Below, piece by piece: positions 31,382 to 42,020 of a stretch of DNA of 64,000 nt. The first letter of the stretch is position 1, and every line of letters starts with the position of its first letter. Below the pieces are notes generated by a model. The model was not told where the DNA came from. It saw only the letters and a list, made by a program, of their open reading frames with translations, and did no database searches. Position numbers and translations under genes: made by a program. Origin of the DNA: Acidimicrobiia bacterium (GTDB lineage Bacteria; Actinomycetota; Acidimicrobiia; Spongiisociales; ZC4RG35); NCBI GenBank assembly GCA_965216445.1, contig OZ244166.1, positions 658,688 to 722,687 of the forward strand, in the 5' to 3' direction.

Positions 31382-31936
31382 TTAGAAAGCGTCGGGCTCG
31401 AGGTGGAAGACCGCGTCCTCTTCCCATTGCACGGATCCGTTGAACCAAAGGAAGTTGGTCTTCCAGGTGTGGTCCAGGATGATCTTGATACCGAGCCAAT
31501 CCCGGGTGACACCGTCATTGTCTCGAATGGTGGACGCCCAGCTGATGGGTGGAGTGATGTACCACGAACCACCGGTGCAGCGGAGGTTCGCCGGGTTGTC
31601 GCCGGGAAGAGAAGGCCTGTAGGTCATCCGGTTGGCTCCGACGGTTCCGTTGACATCGGATTCGTAAATCCAGAGCTCTTTGATCTGATTCCCCGAGATA
31701 GCGCTAAGTGCACCTGCCGCTGCTTCGAGGATTCGACAGTCAGCATCTGGTTCGTCCCCGGCGGCGCTGCCCAGTCTTCCGGCTTCCCGCGTCGCCTGAG
31801 TGACGGCAATCCGGTCTTGGAAAGCCACTCCCCATTCGAAGGCCCCAATGGCAATCATCAACAGAAGAAGGAAGACCAGGGCGAATTCCACCATCGCCGT
31901 GCCGTCGTCTGAACGTCGGAATCTGCGAAGCATCAC
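31382..31936 (-). CDS. TadE-like pilus assembly protein (pseudopilin)
   Basis: TAMVEFALVFLLLLMIAIGAFEWG TadE N-terminal motif. Confidence 0.75.
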   Translation of the reverse strand: MMLRRFRRSDDGTAMVEFALVFLLLLMIAIGAFEWGVAFQDRIAVTQATREAGRLGSAAGDEPDADCRILEAAAGALSAISGNQIKELWIYESDVNGTVGANRMTYRPSLPGDNPANLRCTGGSWYITPPISWASTIRDNDGVTRDWLGIKIILDHTWKTNFLWFNGSVQWEEDAVFHLEPDAF

Positions 31937-33411
31937 GGAACCAACTGCACCGGGTTGCCGATCACACGAGCAGTCCAGGTGGTGCGTTCATTGGGCTGTG
32001 AGAGGTCGAGTTCCATCCTCCAGAAGCAGTCCGTGGACGATGGGCTGGCGGTGGGACCGCAGTCGTATCCGCTCGAAATGTCGATCTCTGCGGTGATCCA
32101 TTCGTTGTTATAGATCCGTGTTCCACCGGAGGTCGTCGTGAGCCACTCGCACGAGCCTGATCCCGACCCAGTGATGGTGCCTGAAGAGTCCTCTGAGAAC
32201 CACGTGCAGTTGGGGATGTTGCCAAACGGGTCGCGGACTCGCATGTAAGAGAGCCCTGAGGCATCACCAGCATCGAAGAACCGAAGTTCGAGGGTCTTTC
32301 CGGCGTGCACCGGATCGATTTCAGCGAGGTAGAGGTTCGACGGTCCGGTCAGGTTGTTGGAGAAGATCGACATGTCGTTGATGCCGTAGACACGGGGTTG
32401 AGGTCCCGACCCGGTCGAAGCAGCAACGGAGTACTGATTGGTTCCTGACCCGTTACCGGACGAGAACACGTGGAGCGGGTACACACCAGCGGGTGAGCCG
32501 GCCGGCAGCGAGCACAGAATCCGCCATTGGTTCTGATAGTAAGTGTTGGAGTTGGGTGCCAGGTTCCATGTACACCCAGCGAGGACGGCCGTGTCGCCGG
32601 GCGAGTTTGGCGTGGTGTCCAGTGCATGCAACTGGAACGACGTCCTAACACCCGGGTTGCTGTTGCCCGGACTGAACCTGGCATCAGCCGTTTCGACAGT
32701 TGGATAAGAGGGACGCTGGTTAAATCGTGCGTCATAGATCGCCACGTCGACTTGAGATGTTGCAGTCGCTTGAAGCTCAACTGCGAAGTAGTAGCCGGTG
32801 TATAGACCGCCGCGTGCGTATTCGACGTTGCTCGACGCACACGATGTTGCCGAAGTCGAGGTGTCGAGGCAGTTTGTCGAGTATGGGTCGCCATCCCGTT
32901 TGAAGGTGTATGGTGCGGAAACGGCCGCCCAAAAGTCGTTGATATTGGCCGGGCAGTAGGTTCCGGTCGGGTCTTGCCCGAAACAGCGCGACGGACTCCC
33001 CAGTGGGACCGGCAGAACGTATTGCGCGGTCGCTTCGCGTGTGATCGACATCGTGTTGATGCCGACCACTTTCAAGAAGAAGGTTGGTATCTGTGTGCGC
33101 AGTTCGACATGGAGCTTGTTTTCGGGAAGCGGTGTGGCCACAAGTGTGTTGGTTCCACCGATTGGGAAGTCGTTGGCGGCCGCGGCGTTCTCCGCATCTG
33201 TTTGAGCCTGAGCCACGAAACTAGGCAGGTTCACAACTCCGGCGAGTGCAGCCGAATCGGCGGCTTGCTGAGCGCGGGTCGAGTTGAGGTACACCCAGCC
33301 GAGGTCTACCGCAAACGCTGATACGGCGAGGAGGGCGACGAGCGACCCGGCCACCCACAAAAGCGTGGCGCCTTTTTCGTCTTTGAGCTTCCTACCGAAT
33401 ATGCGTCTCAT
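31933..33411 (-). CDS. TadG-like protein with Tad N-terminal domain and ~400-aa Cys/Gly/Ser/Thr-rich C-terminal domain
   Basis: GATLLWVAGSLVALLAVSAFAVDLGWVYLNSTRAQQAADSAALAG N-domain. The C-terminal domain has no recognisable enzyme motif and about 14 Cys. Confidence 0.7.
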   Translation of the reverse strand: MRRIFGRKLKDEKGATLLWVAGSLVALLAVSAFAVDLGWVYLNSTRAQQAADSAALAGVVNLPSFVAQAQTDAENAAAANDFPIGGTNTLVATPLPENKLHVELRTQIPTFFLKVVGINTMSITREATAQYVLPVPLGSPSRCFGQDPTGTYCPANINDFWAAVSAPYTFKRDGDPYSTNCLDTSTSATSCASSNVEYARGGLYTGYYFAVELQATATSQVDVAIYDARFNQRPSYPTVETADARFSPGNSNPGVRTSFQLHALDTTPNSPGDTAVLAGCTWNLAPNSNTYYQNQWRILCSLPAGSPAGVYPLHVFSSGNGSGTNQYSVAASTGSGPQPRVYGINDMSIFSNNLTGPSNLYLAEIDPVHAGKTLELRFFDAGDASGLSYMRVRDPFGNIPNCTWFSEDSSGTITGSGSGSCEWLTTTSGGTRIYNNEWITAEIDISSGYDCGPTASPSSTDCFWRMELDLSQPNERTTWTARVIGNPVQLVP

Positions 33412-33968
33412 TCGAATGCCTCGGGTTCAAGTCGACTGATTGATGTCTTATCAACTACGTAGCTGCCACTGAATGGTGGGAGGCCGGTGATCCAGCTCCG
33501 GCTCATGGTTACGCGGACACCAATGATGTCGAGGACGCTCGTTGGGCCCGAGATGACTGCGCGTGATGTCGATGGCCAGAGAACCGTTCCCGACCAGTTT
33601 GCTACGCAATCCATGGGGTCTCCTCCGGTGTAGGTGTATGTGTTGATCGAGCCTGGAACCGGAGCTCCCGTCGATGGATTGGTCTCAAAGATCTCGAGTG
33701 TGTTGAGGCGGTCGAGGTGGCTTTGCCGGAGAACACCGGCAACTCGCTGGATGACAAAGCAATCAGCGTCGATGTCATTGCCTGCAACGGAGCCGATCTG
33801 GGCGCCCTCTCGCGTTGCTTGTGTGACTTGCATCGAGTCCCCGAAAGCGAGACCGAGCTCCATGATGCCGACTAAAAGCAGCACAAGAACGGGCATCACA
33901 ATCGCCATTTCGATTAGTGCTGCCCCTCGTTCTTTTGTTGTCTTCGCTGGACTCAACATCTCCACCAC
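33408..33968 (-). CDS. TadE-like pilus assembly protein
   Basis: GAALIEMAIVMPVLVLLLVGIMELG motif. Confidence 0.75.
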   Translation of the reverse strand: MVEMLSPAKTTKERGAALIEMAIVMPVLVLLLVGIMELGLAFGDSMQVTQATREGAQIGSVAGNDIDADCFVIQRVAGVLRQSHLDRLNTLEIFETNPSTGAPVPGSINTYTYTGGDPMDCVANWSGTVLWPSTSRAVISGPTSVLDIIGVRVTMSRSWITGLPPFSGSYVVDKTSISRLEPEAFE

Positions 33969-34103
33969 CCGCTGCGACCAAGCACAGCAAGACTACGCGC
34001 AATGACGGAGCAACACGCTCCGTGGTCATGTATCGGCAAAAGCTACTCAAACATTGAGCGCTGAGATACGGGTCGTTGGACCCATCGAGTTAGCGGCAAA
34101 ACC

Positions 34104-35596
34104 TCAGTCGATAATGTGGATCGGGTTACCAATCATGTAGGCACGCCAGGTGGTGGTGTCCTGGATACCACCGCTGTACACGTAGTTCATCTTCCACCAG
34201 CAGGTTGCGCATGAGTAGGTGGGAGGAAGGTCCATCTCGAACTTAAGCCACTTGTTGTTGTACTCCTGTGAGGCAACGAACTCTTCGCAGTCTGCCCCGG
34301 CAGGAATTGTTTGGAACTGCGTCCAGGCCGACGACGGACTGGGACGGGTGTACAGCCGGCACTCGCCACCGTTGAAAACGCTTCCTGTTGGGTCGACGAC
34401 TTGTAGGACCCCTGGGTCAGGGCCATCGCCCGCATCCCAAAGCTCGACCACGAAAGTCTTCCCGTTGTAGTAGGAGGGAACTTCGGCGAGGTAGAAGCTC
34501 GTCGTCAGCCCTGATGCGTTGTTGTATAGCGAGAAATCGCCGAGGGCGAAGAGGTTTGCCCCTGCACCATCGGCCATGATCGAATAGCGATTCAATCCGG
34601 CTCGATCAGTGTTGGGCCCGGGATCCAGGTGCTTTATCTGGAGGACAAACACACCTGCACCGGACTGAGTCCAGCAAGCCTGACCGTCGGGCGGGCTCGG
34701 CGCTGGGTAGGGGTCTGTGTGGAGGATCTGTGCGACTGGTGGAATTGTGGCTGTACACAGGGCCGTGTTGTCCGACACGTCTAACGGCGTCGGATCAGGG
34801 AGCATAAAGGGTGATCACCATTGTCGGGCCACAGTCGGGCGCCGTCGATGGGCCCCAGGCCTCGCACCCACGGTCGCCCGTCCTGATGAGGTCGTGCGTC
34901 GGGATTTCCACCCGACGTGTTATGGAACGCCAGATCGATGCCCTTGACCGTGAACGCGGCACCTGACTCGATGCCGTAGAGGTAACCCGTGGCGCGAGCG
35001 TGTGGGTTCTGAGGGCAACTGGGGTTGTCCGACTGAGAGGTGCACCACGAGGAGTAGGCATCACCCATGCTGTTGTCAGTATATTTCCCGTGGATGTTCG
35101 CCCAGAAGTTGGATTGACCCGTACAGCCGGGTTGGTTGGGTCACAGAGGTTTCCGAATAGGTCGTCAGGACTCCCCAGCTTCAACGGTGGGATGAACTCG
35201 GCCACAGCAGATCGTGACACGGTGATCGTGTCAAAGCCGATGACCTTGCCGAAGAATGTTGGCAAGTACATGTTCGATGTCGACTTGGAGCTGGTTCTGT
35301 GATCCGGGAACAACTCCGGAGGTAACGGTGACATCAGAGGCTGAAGCGTCGTAACCGTTGCGGTTGGCGATATCAAGAGCGGTTGCATTTGCAGTACCCA
35401 CCTGGGTGGGCAGGTACACGACCCCGGCAAGTGCCGCCCCATCAGCGGCCCGTTGTACCTTGCTGGCGTTGAGATAGAACCAGGCTAGGTCGGCGCTGAT
35501 CGCAGCGACACCCATGAGCAGGAACAGGCTCACGGCGACGATCGCCATGGCTGCGCCTTTGTCTTCTTTCCACTTCTTTCGGAAGTCGTGGATCAT
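34104..35596 (-). pseudogene. TadG-like paralogue broken into at least four reading-frame segments
   Basis: The four segments are ORFs 35231-35596, 34795-35442, 34781-35068 and 34104-34805. Each aligns colinearly with a successive part of the intact TadG-like protein at 31933-33411, for example YLPTFFGKVIGFDTITVSRSAVAEF vs QIPTFFLKVVGINTMSITREATAQY and YLAEVP...ELWDAGDG vs YLAEIDP...RFFDAGDA. Confidence 0.75.
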
Positions 35597-36168
35597 GAGC
35601 CACCTCTCGCGTCAGGTTCGATCTGCATAACTGCGTATTCAGACCATGTCACGGTCGGGAACGGGAAGAAGCCGGTTACGTCGGAATGAGAGAAGATGAC
35701 TTCGACTCCCAGAACGTCGAATCCGGGAGGTGTCCGGTCCCGACTTGCCGGTGCCCAGGGGCACCCGTTGTCACAGACGAAGCCGTTGGCGGAGTTGTCA
35801 CATTGGAGGCCACCTAGAGATGGGACGTAGTGGTTGACCGAGCCGACGATGGGATCACCATTGCTGTCTGCCTTGAAGATGGAGACTTCCTGCACAGTTC
35901 CAAACTTGAGGTTACACACGGCTTCTTCGACGGACTCGAGAATGAGGTCGTCGGCGTCTACTCCGAGCATCGTGTCGTTGTAGTCGGCCGCGGCTGCACC
36001 TGTCCGGGCCCCCTCACGTGCCGAGTTGGTGACCGTTACGTAGTCGATGACGAGGAAGCCAATCTCCGAGATTCCAACCGCAAGGAGGATCAGCATAGGA
36101 AGAAGCAGAGCCGCCTCGATGAGGGAGGCGCCTTTCTCCTTCTCACGACGGAAGAGCCTTCCGATCAT
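35593..36168 (-). CDS. TadE-like pilus assembly protein
   Basis: GASLIEAALLLPMLILLAVGISEIG motif. Confidence 0.75.
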   Translation of the reverse strand: MIGRLFRREKEKGASLIEAALLLPMLILLAVGISEIGFLVIDYVTVTNSAREGARTGAAAADYNDTMLGVDADDLILESVEEAVCNLKFGTVQEVSIFKADSNGDPIVGSVNHYVPSLGGLQCDNSANGFVCDNGCPWAPASRDRTPPGFDVLGVEVIFSHSDVTGFFPFPTVTWSEYAVMQIEPDARGGS

Positions 36169-36743
36169 GGTGTTCCAAACACTTGCGGTTCGATCTGGAA
36201 GTCGGTGGAAGTGCTGAAGTCAGCCGCAGGAGAGAAGAAGCCGGTTATCCACTGGTGCATGAACCGGACCTGGACACCAACACGGTCAGTGATTGGAGCC
36301 TCCACGTCTCGAGTGGCCGGATCCCAGTTTGGTGTGGTATAGGTGGCACGGAACGGTTCGGGACAGGGTGTCCAGTCGCAACACCCGACCAGGATCATCC
36401 CTGGTGAGAGGTCGCTGCAGTCACTGCCCGGCGTGTAGTTGTAGTTGGTCCCCAGACCGCCGGGCTCGAAAATCCGCACCTGCATTCCGTCGGCAATTGA
36501 GGCTGCGCCCAGGGTTGCCTCGACGTCGCGGAGGATCTGGATATCGGCATTGGGATCATTGCCGTAAGTGGCACCAGCACGGGCGCCTTCACGTGAGGCA
36601 TGGCTAACCGAGAGCCAGTCTTTGAACGCCAAACCGAATTCCAGGACGGCGAACAGGACAAGAAAAAGCAGGCCATAGACGATGGCCGCTTCGACGATGG
36701 TTGCCCCTCGGTCGTCAGTTTTCTTGAAACGGGATAAACCCAT
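36165..36743 (-). CDS. TadE-like pilus assembly protein
   Basis: GATIVEAAIVYGLLFLVLFAVLEFG motif. Confidence 0.75.
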   Translation of the reverse strand: MGLSRFKKTDDRGATIVEAAIVYGLLFLVLFAVLEFGLAFKDWLSVSHASREGARAGATYGNDPNADIQILRDVEATLGAASIADGMQVRIFEPGGLGTNYNYTPGSDCSDLSPGMILVGCCDWTPCPEPFRATYTTPNWDPATRDVEAPITDRVGVQVRFMHQWITGFFSPAADFSTSTDFQIEPQVFGTP

Positions 36744-36886
36744 TGTCCACCCTCCACCCGTAAGGCGGAAATATCGTAGACGACGTCACACGTTCGTGTG
36801 GCGACGCTGTTAGTGGTCAGGTTAGGGGAAACTAGGGCTTTCTCAAGAGGCCGTTAGGCCTATTAACCGTCTCTTAACGTCCTCAT

Positions 36887-37648
36887 CTAGCTCTGCGAAG
36901 CCAGGCGACGGTTCTTGAATTTCGCCTTCACGTAGTCGGAATTCATCATTGCGATGAAGTCGATCGAAATCTGCTTGGGACATGCCTCTTCGCACTCTCC
37001 GTGGTTGGTGCACGAACCGAAGTGCTCCTCCATGGTGTCGACCATGCCCTCGACCCGTGTCCATCGCTCCGCCTGGCCCTGGGGGAGAAGGCTCAGGTGG
37101 TTGACCTTGGCTGCCGTGAACAGGTTGGCGGCCCCGTTGGGGCAAGCTGCCACACAGGCACCGCAGCCGATGCAGGCCGCGGCATCAAACGCGGTTTCGG
37201 CGACGTCGTAGGGGACGGGGATGAGATTCGCGTCGGGTGCCGACCCGGTGTCGACCGAGATATACCCGCCACTCTCGACGATTCTGTCGAACGCCGATCG
37301 GTCGACGACAAGGTCCTTGACCAGTGGGAAACCGGAGGCTCGCCAGGGCTCGACGGTGATGGTTGCTCCATCTTCGAATTTGCGCATGTGAAGCTGGCAA
37401 GTAGCGGTACCTTGCTGCGGTCCGTGGGCTTGACCGTCGATCATGACCCCGCAGGTTCCACAGATCCCCTCCCGGCAGTCGTGGTCGAATGCAACCGGGT
37501 CTTGGCCGCTTTTAATGAGTCGCTCGTTGAGAATGTCGAGCATTTCAAGGAAGGACATCTCCTCGGATATCCCGCCCAGCTGGTACGTCTCGAATCCGCC
37601 ACCAGTTTGCGGTCCCTTTTGTCTCCAAACCTGGAGTGTGATGTTCAT
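36887..37648 (-). CDS. sdhB: succinate dehydrogenase/fumarate reductase iron-sulfur subunit
   Basis: [10 protein letters not shown] and [12 protein letters not shown] cluster motifs. Confidence 0.9.
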   Translation of the reverse strand: MNITLQVWRQKGPQTGGGFETYQLGGISEEMSFLEMLDILNERLIKSGQDPVAFDHDCREGICGTCGVMIDGQAHGPQQGTATCQLHMRKFEDGATITVEPWRASGFPLVKDLVVDRSAFDRIVESGGYISVDTGSAPDANLIPVPYDVAETAFDAAACIGCGACVAACPNGAANLFTAAKVNHLSLLPQGQAERWTRVEGMVDTMEEHFGSCTNHGECEEACPKQISIDFIAMMNSDYVKAKFKNRRLASQS

Positions 37649-39567
37649 TTGTAACTCCTGGTTGTGAGAGCGACGTTTTCGAATTCGAGTGGTTCAACGG
37701 ATAGCTCCGGGTTTGCCGCATCGCCGGTCCACTCCCAGACCGAGACGTTGGCAAAGTCTTCGTCGTCGCGAACCGCTTCCCCTTCTTCAGTCTGATACTC
37801 CTCGCGGAAGTGACCTCCGCAGGACTCCTCACGGTGGAGGGCGTCACGGCACATCGCCTGGGCCAGCTCGAAGAAGTCGTCGACCCTCTGCGCTTTCTCC
37901 AACCCCTGGTTGAGAGTGTCGGCGCTGCCCATCACCCGGACGTCCTTGCGGTACTCCTCATGGAGGGCGGGTATGTCCGAAAGAGCTTTTTCCAGACCGG
38001 ATTCGTTGCGGGCCATCCCGCAGTGCTCGAGCATGATCTTGCCCAGCTCCTTGTGGAACCAGTCGACCGACCTCGATCCATTGGTTGCGAGGAGTTGGTT
38101 GGTGTTATCCGCGACAGTCTGGGCAACCTCGGAGAAGACCGGGTCGTCGGTTGGGACGGGGTCGTCGTTGAGATATTGACTCAGGTAGTCGCCGATTGTG
38201 TAGGGGAGTACGAAGTAGCCGTCGGCAAGACCCTGCATCAGAGCTGAAGCCCCGAGGCGATTGGCACCGTGATCGCTGAAGTTGGCCTCGCCTATCGCAT
38301 AAAGACCCGGCACCGTGGTCATCAGGTTGTAGTCGACCCAGAGGCCGCCCATCGTGTAGTGCGGCGCCGGGTAGATCCGCATTGGAACCTTGTAGGGGTT
38401 CTCGTCAGTGATCCGCTCGTACATCTCGAACAGGTTCGAGTACCGGCTTTCGATTACGTCTTGGCCGGTTCGCTCGATGGCGTGTTTGAAGTCGAGGTAC
38501 ACCCCGTTCTCGAGGGGCCCCACACCTTTACCCGAATCCACCATCCTCTTGGCGGCACGAGAAGCGACGTCGCGGGGCACCAGGTTTCCGAACGCTGGAT
38601 AGATCCGTTCCAGGTAGTAGTCCCGATCCTCTTCTGGGATTTCGTTCGCAGGCCGCTTGTCGTCTGCTCTCTTGGGAACCCAGATTCGGCCGTCATTGCG
38701 GAGGGACTCCGACATCAATGTCAGCTTCGACTGGAACTCGTCAGAGGCAGGTATGCATGTGGGGTGGATCTGGGTGAAGCAAGGGTTGGCAAAGCCAGCG
38801 CCTTTGCGATGGGCGCGCCAGGCGGCAGTCACGTTGGACGCCATCGCGTTGGTCGAAAGGTAGAAGGCGTTGGAGTAGCCGCCCGTGGCAAGGACAACTG
38901 CGTGCGCGGAGTGTTTTGTGATTTCGCCCGTGATCAGGTTGCGGACCACGATCCCGACTGCTCGTCCGTCTTTGATGACAAGGTCGAGCATCTCCGATCG
39001 AGTGTGAAGTTTTACCGAGCCGGCGTCCACCTGGCGCATCAACGCCTGGTAGGCACCGAGGAGGAGTTGCTGGCCGGTCTGGCCCCTCGCGTAGAAGGTT
39101 CGGGAGACCTGGGCGCCACCGAAGGATCGGTTTGCCAGCAGTCCGCCGTACTCCCTTCCGAAAGGGACCCCTTGCGCGGTTGCCTGGTCGATGATGTTGA
39201 GAGAGACATCGGCGAGGCGGTAGACGTTGGCTTCGCGACTGCGGTAGTCGCCCCCTTTGACGGTGTCGTAGAACAGTCGGTAGACGGAGTCACCGTCGTT
39301 CCGATAGTTCTTGGCCGCGTTGATTCCACCCTGGGCCGCAATCGAGTGTGCCCGCCGTGGCGAGTCGTGGAATGTGAAGGCTTCCACCTCATAACCGAGT
39401 TCGCCGAGTGTGGCAGCAGCCGATCCGCCGGCCAGGCCGGTCCCGACGACAATCACCTTGAATTTCCGCTTGTTGGCTGGATTGACAAGCTTCACGGAGA
39501 ACTTGTGGTTTTCCCACTTCTCCTCGATGGATCCCGAAGGGACCTTTGGGTCTAAGTCGAAAGCCAT
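37645..39567 (-). CDS. sdhA: succinate dehydrogenase/fumarate reductase flavoprotein subunit
   Basis: [15 protein letters not shown] motif; HSIAAQGG (His attachment region); 640 aa. Confidence 0.9.
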   Translation of the reverse strand: MAFDLDPKVPSGSIEEKWENHKFSVKLVNPANKRKFKVIVVGTGLAGGSAAATLGELGYEVEAFTFHDSPRRAHSIAAQGGINAAKNYRNDGDSVYRLFYDTVKGGDYRSREANVYRLADVSLNIIDQATAQGVPFGREYGGLLANRSFGGAQVSRTFYARGQTGQQLLLGAYQALMRQVDAGSVKLHTRSEMLDLVIKDGRAVGIVVRNLITGEITKHSAHAVVLATGGYSNAFYLSTNAMASNVTAAWRAHRKGAGFANPCFTQIHPTCIPASDEFQSKLTLMSESLRNDGRIWVPKRADDKRPANEIPEEDRDYYLERIYPAFGNLVPRDVASRAAKRMVDSGKGVGPLENGVYLDFKHAIERTGQDVIESRYSNLFEMYERITDENPYKVPMRIYPAPHYTMGGLWVDYNLMTTVPGLYAIGEANFSDHGANRLGASALMQGLADGYFVLPYTIGDYLSQYLNDDPVPTDDPVFSEVAQTVADNTNQLLATNGSRSVDWFHKELGKIMLEHCGMARNESGLEKALSDIPALHEEYRKDVRVMGSADTLNQGLEKAQRVDDFFELAQAMCRDALHREESCGGHFREEYQTEEGEAVRDDEDFANVSVWEWTGDAANPELSVEPLEFENVALTTRSYK

Positions 39568-39571
39568 AACC

Positions 39572-40300
39572 TCACTCGATCAATCCGAATAACACTGCCA
39601 GTGGCATGACGCTGTTGCCGACGACTACCAGCGAAGCGATGCCTGTGGCCAGATATCGCCGCCATTTGTTGAACCGGGGGTTGTTGATTCCGAGACTCTG
39701 GAACATCGACCAAACCCCGTGGTCGAGGTGCAGACCGAGCGCCAGCATCGCCAGGACGTAGAAGATCGCTACCGGCGCCCGACTGAAGGAACCAACAAAG
39801 TTGGCATAGACCTCGCCCCTCTCCCAGACTTCCGGCGCGGCGGGCTGAACCCCCCAGGTGAGGTCAGCGAGGTGGAAGATGAGGAAGAGAAGGAATATCA
39901 CACCGCTGTAGCGCATGGTGCGACTGGCGTAGTTCGCAGCTATGTAGTCCCGTGGTCCCCGGTAGTCCTCCGGTCGTGCGTTGCGATTCATGATCGTCAA
40001 CGCATATGCCGCATGAATGTGAAGAGCGAACGCAACGATCAACCCGGTGCGGAGAATCCACAATGCAACCGTGTGGGGGAGGAAGGGGACGAACAGGTCG
40101 CGTAGTGCTTCGCCGTAGATGTCGATGTCGGGCACGCCGTCAACATCGGGGAGGAAGATCTTCCAGTTCCCGACCATATGGGCGAGAACAAATCCGATGA
40201 TCATGATCCCGGTGAGCGCCATGATCCACTTTTTGCCGACCGCAGATCGGTAGAACTCAAGAGGCCAGGGAGCCTTCGTCTTCTCTGCGGTGGTGGTCAC
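39572..40300 (-). CDS. sdhC: succinate dehydrogenase cytochrome b subunit
   Basis: 242 aa, five TM helices with conserved His; GTG start; directly upstream of sdhA. Confidence 0.8.
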   Translation of the reverse strand: MTTTAEKTKAPWPLEFYRSAVGKKWIMALTGIMIIGFVLAHMVGNWKIFLPDVDGVPDIDIYGEALRDLFVPFLPHTVALWILRTGLIVAFALHIHAAYALTIMNRNARPEDYRGPRDYIAANYASRTMRYSGVIFLLFLIFHLADLTWGVQPAAPEVWERGEVYANFVGSFSRAPVAIFYVLAMLALGLHLDHGVWSMFQSLGINNPRFNKWRRYLATGIASLVVVGNSVMPLAVLFGLIE

Positions 40301-40366
40301 GTTCCCACTTTGTAAACGATCTACCCATTATGTCAATTCCTGTTTCCTGCCGCGTTTTCTCCGCTC

Positions 40367-40496
40367 TTGCACTGTGCACGGAAGGTTGTTTTCTGAACGG
40401 TTTTGCACTGTGCGGGAACGCCTTCGGCGTTCCTTGGGAGTTTTCTTTGAAAACTCCATGCGTAGTGGTTGTTTTCTGAACGGTTTTGCACTGTGC
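40367..40496. repeat. repeat island in the sdhC-whiB divergent region: ttgcactgtgc x3, a 29-bp direct repeat (40385-40413, 40468-40496) flanking double-hairpin copy 3
   Basis: Read directly: gttgttttctgaacggttttgcactgtgc occurs twice, 83 bp apart. Confidence 0.75.
40414..40457 (+). repeat. tandem double-hairpin element, copy 3
   Basis: gggaacgccttcggcgttccttgggagttttctttgaaaactcc; both stems self-complementary. Same architecture as the copies at 20089 and 20402. Confidence 0.7.
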
Positions 40497-40629
40497 AACG
40501 CACGTCGTAGCCGGGCCCTGATGGAAAACCGTGGTGCTATCGACCTAAATCGCCACGAGTGGTCTTGACGGCGCGCGCGGGGTTCCGTAATGTCAAACAT
40601 GTAATTACACGGTTGTGAGGAGTCTGTGA

Positions 40630-40905
40630 ATGCAAAGCAAGCTTGTTGAAGCGCTTGCAGTGGGCAAGTTGGCGTGGCAGGACTATGCCAATTGCAGAGG
40701 AGCTGATGCGGACCTCTTCTTCCCTGAGCGGGGGGCATCCACCCGAAAAGCGAAGGCGATATGTGGAGCCTGCGAAGTAAAAGGCCAGTGCCTCGACTAC
40801 GCCATCGACATGGGTGAGAAGTTCGGAATCTGGGGCGGGCTCTCGGAAAGAGAGCGAAGGCGCGTACGCCGGGAACGTGCGCTCCGCCAACGCAAAGTCA
40901 GTTAG
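40630..40905 (+). CDS. whiB: WhiB-family (Wbl) transcriptional regulator
   Basis: Four Cys (C-x-C...CxxC) and the GIWGG turn motif. Confidence 0.85.
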   Translation: MQSKLVEALAVGKLAWQDYANCRGADADLFFPERGASTRKAKAICGACEVKGQCLDYAIDMGEKFGIWGGLSERERRRVRRERALRQRKVS

Positions 40906-40923
40906 ACCAACCAAGACGACGCC

Positions 40924-40964
40924 GAGAGGGGATGGAACCGTGTTGTGCGGGTCCATCCCCTCTC
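40924..40964. terminator. bidirectional hairpin between convergent whiB and scyD-like genes
   Basis: gagaggggatgga / tccatcccctctc perfect 13-bp stem with a 15-nt loop. Confidence 0.6.
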
Positions 40965-40979
40965 GCTATCAGTCCTCGA

Positions 40980-42020
40980 CTATGGGAGCTTGAAGACTTC
41001 CGCCAGGCCAGGGATAAGGGAGTTCTGGGTGACCCAGATCGCTCGATTCTGTCCGAAGGTGACCGCAGTCAGCATCGGGATGCCAGCGCCGGCTACATCA
41101 CATGTCCCGGTGTGGACGTTGCAGGCGTTGAGGGTTCCTCCTGTGACCAATCCGAAAATCTCAACCGCTGCCCAACTCGCTTCATCGAGTTCCACGACAT
41201 ACAGAGTCCCATCCGGAGCGAAAGCCAGGTCAACAATCGACGTGAATCCGCCGTCGAATACTTTGACGCAGTCGGGGCTTGATCCACATTCTGCCCAGGA
41301 CGCGCTCGGATGGACTCTCCAGATGTTCGACTCATCCGCAGGTGCGGGGAAACCTTTGAGTTCTCCGACGTAGTAATAACCATCAGGTCCGATTGCCACG
41401 CTCGTTGGAACGGCCTGACCTGGTATCGCGTCAGGCAGGAAGCAGAAGTCGGCCCCTGAGTCAGGGCAGCCGGCGAGTCCCTTGATATTTTCTGTTGACA
41501 CCAGCTCGTCGGGGAATACAGCGAGAACCTCGACCTCTCCCTCACTGCTCACTTTGAGGAGATCATTTCCACCAGCATCAACCACGAGGGCGTGGGACGC
41601 GCCGAGCGAAGCGACATCGTACGGGTTGGAGTCGAAGGGGTCGTTGCCGTCGGGATTGACCGTTGCCTCGAACTCATAAAGGTCCACAACGAGCGAGGAA
41701 GTAGTCCCTTCCGTCAGGTACAGCGCCTGTCCGGTATTCATCGTCGGGTCACCACCCGCGCCGGTCGTCGCCCAGAAGCTCTGTCCGCTGATCGGTCCGA
41801 CGGCGGTGGCACCGGGAAGCGGAACCACTGGTCCGATAGTGTCGTTTCGGACGGTGATGATTCCCGTACTCGCATCAGCGACCATGACGGCGCCGTTGGG
41901 CGCAGTGGTCAGGCCAAACAGCGGGCCGTTGAAACCTCCGGCGGCGCCGCTGGACATCGGAATTGCGATCAAGGCTAGAACAACCGTCAGCACCCTGAGT
42001 TTCTTCGATGACATGAGCAT
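40980..42020 (-). CDS. ScyD/ScyE-family secreted beta-propeller-like protein
   Basis: Signal peptide KKLRVLTVVLALIAIPMSSGAAG; repetitive Gly/Asp-rich blades (YVVELD, YYVGEL). Family assignment comes from overall composition and architecture only. Confidence 0.5.
   Translation of the reverse strand: MLMSSKKLRVLTVVLALIAIPMSSGAAGGFNGPLFGLTTAPNGAVMVADASTGIITVRNDTIGPVVPLPGATAVGPISGQSFWATTGAGGDPTMNTGQALYLTEGTTSSLVVDLYEFEATVNPDGNDPFDSNPYDVASLGASHALVVDAGGNDLLKVSSEGEVEVLAVFPDELVSTENIKGLAGCPDSGADFCFLPDAIPGQAVPTSVAIGPDGYYYVGELKGFPAPADESNIWRVHPSASWAECGSSPDCVKVFDGGFTSIVDLAFAPDGTLYVVELDEASWAAVEIFGLVTGGTLNACNVHTGTCDVAGAGIPMLTAVTFGQNRAIWVTQNSLIPGLAEVFKLP

Noticed and set aside
38269-39555. 428-aa plus-strand ORF
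   Set aside because: It lies entirely antisense within sdhA, which has unambiguous flavoprotein motifs; long antisense ORFs are expected at 60% GC
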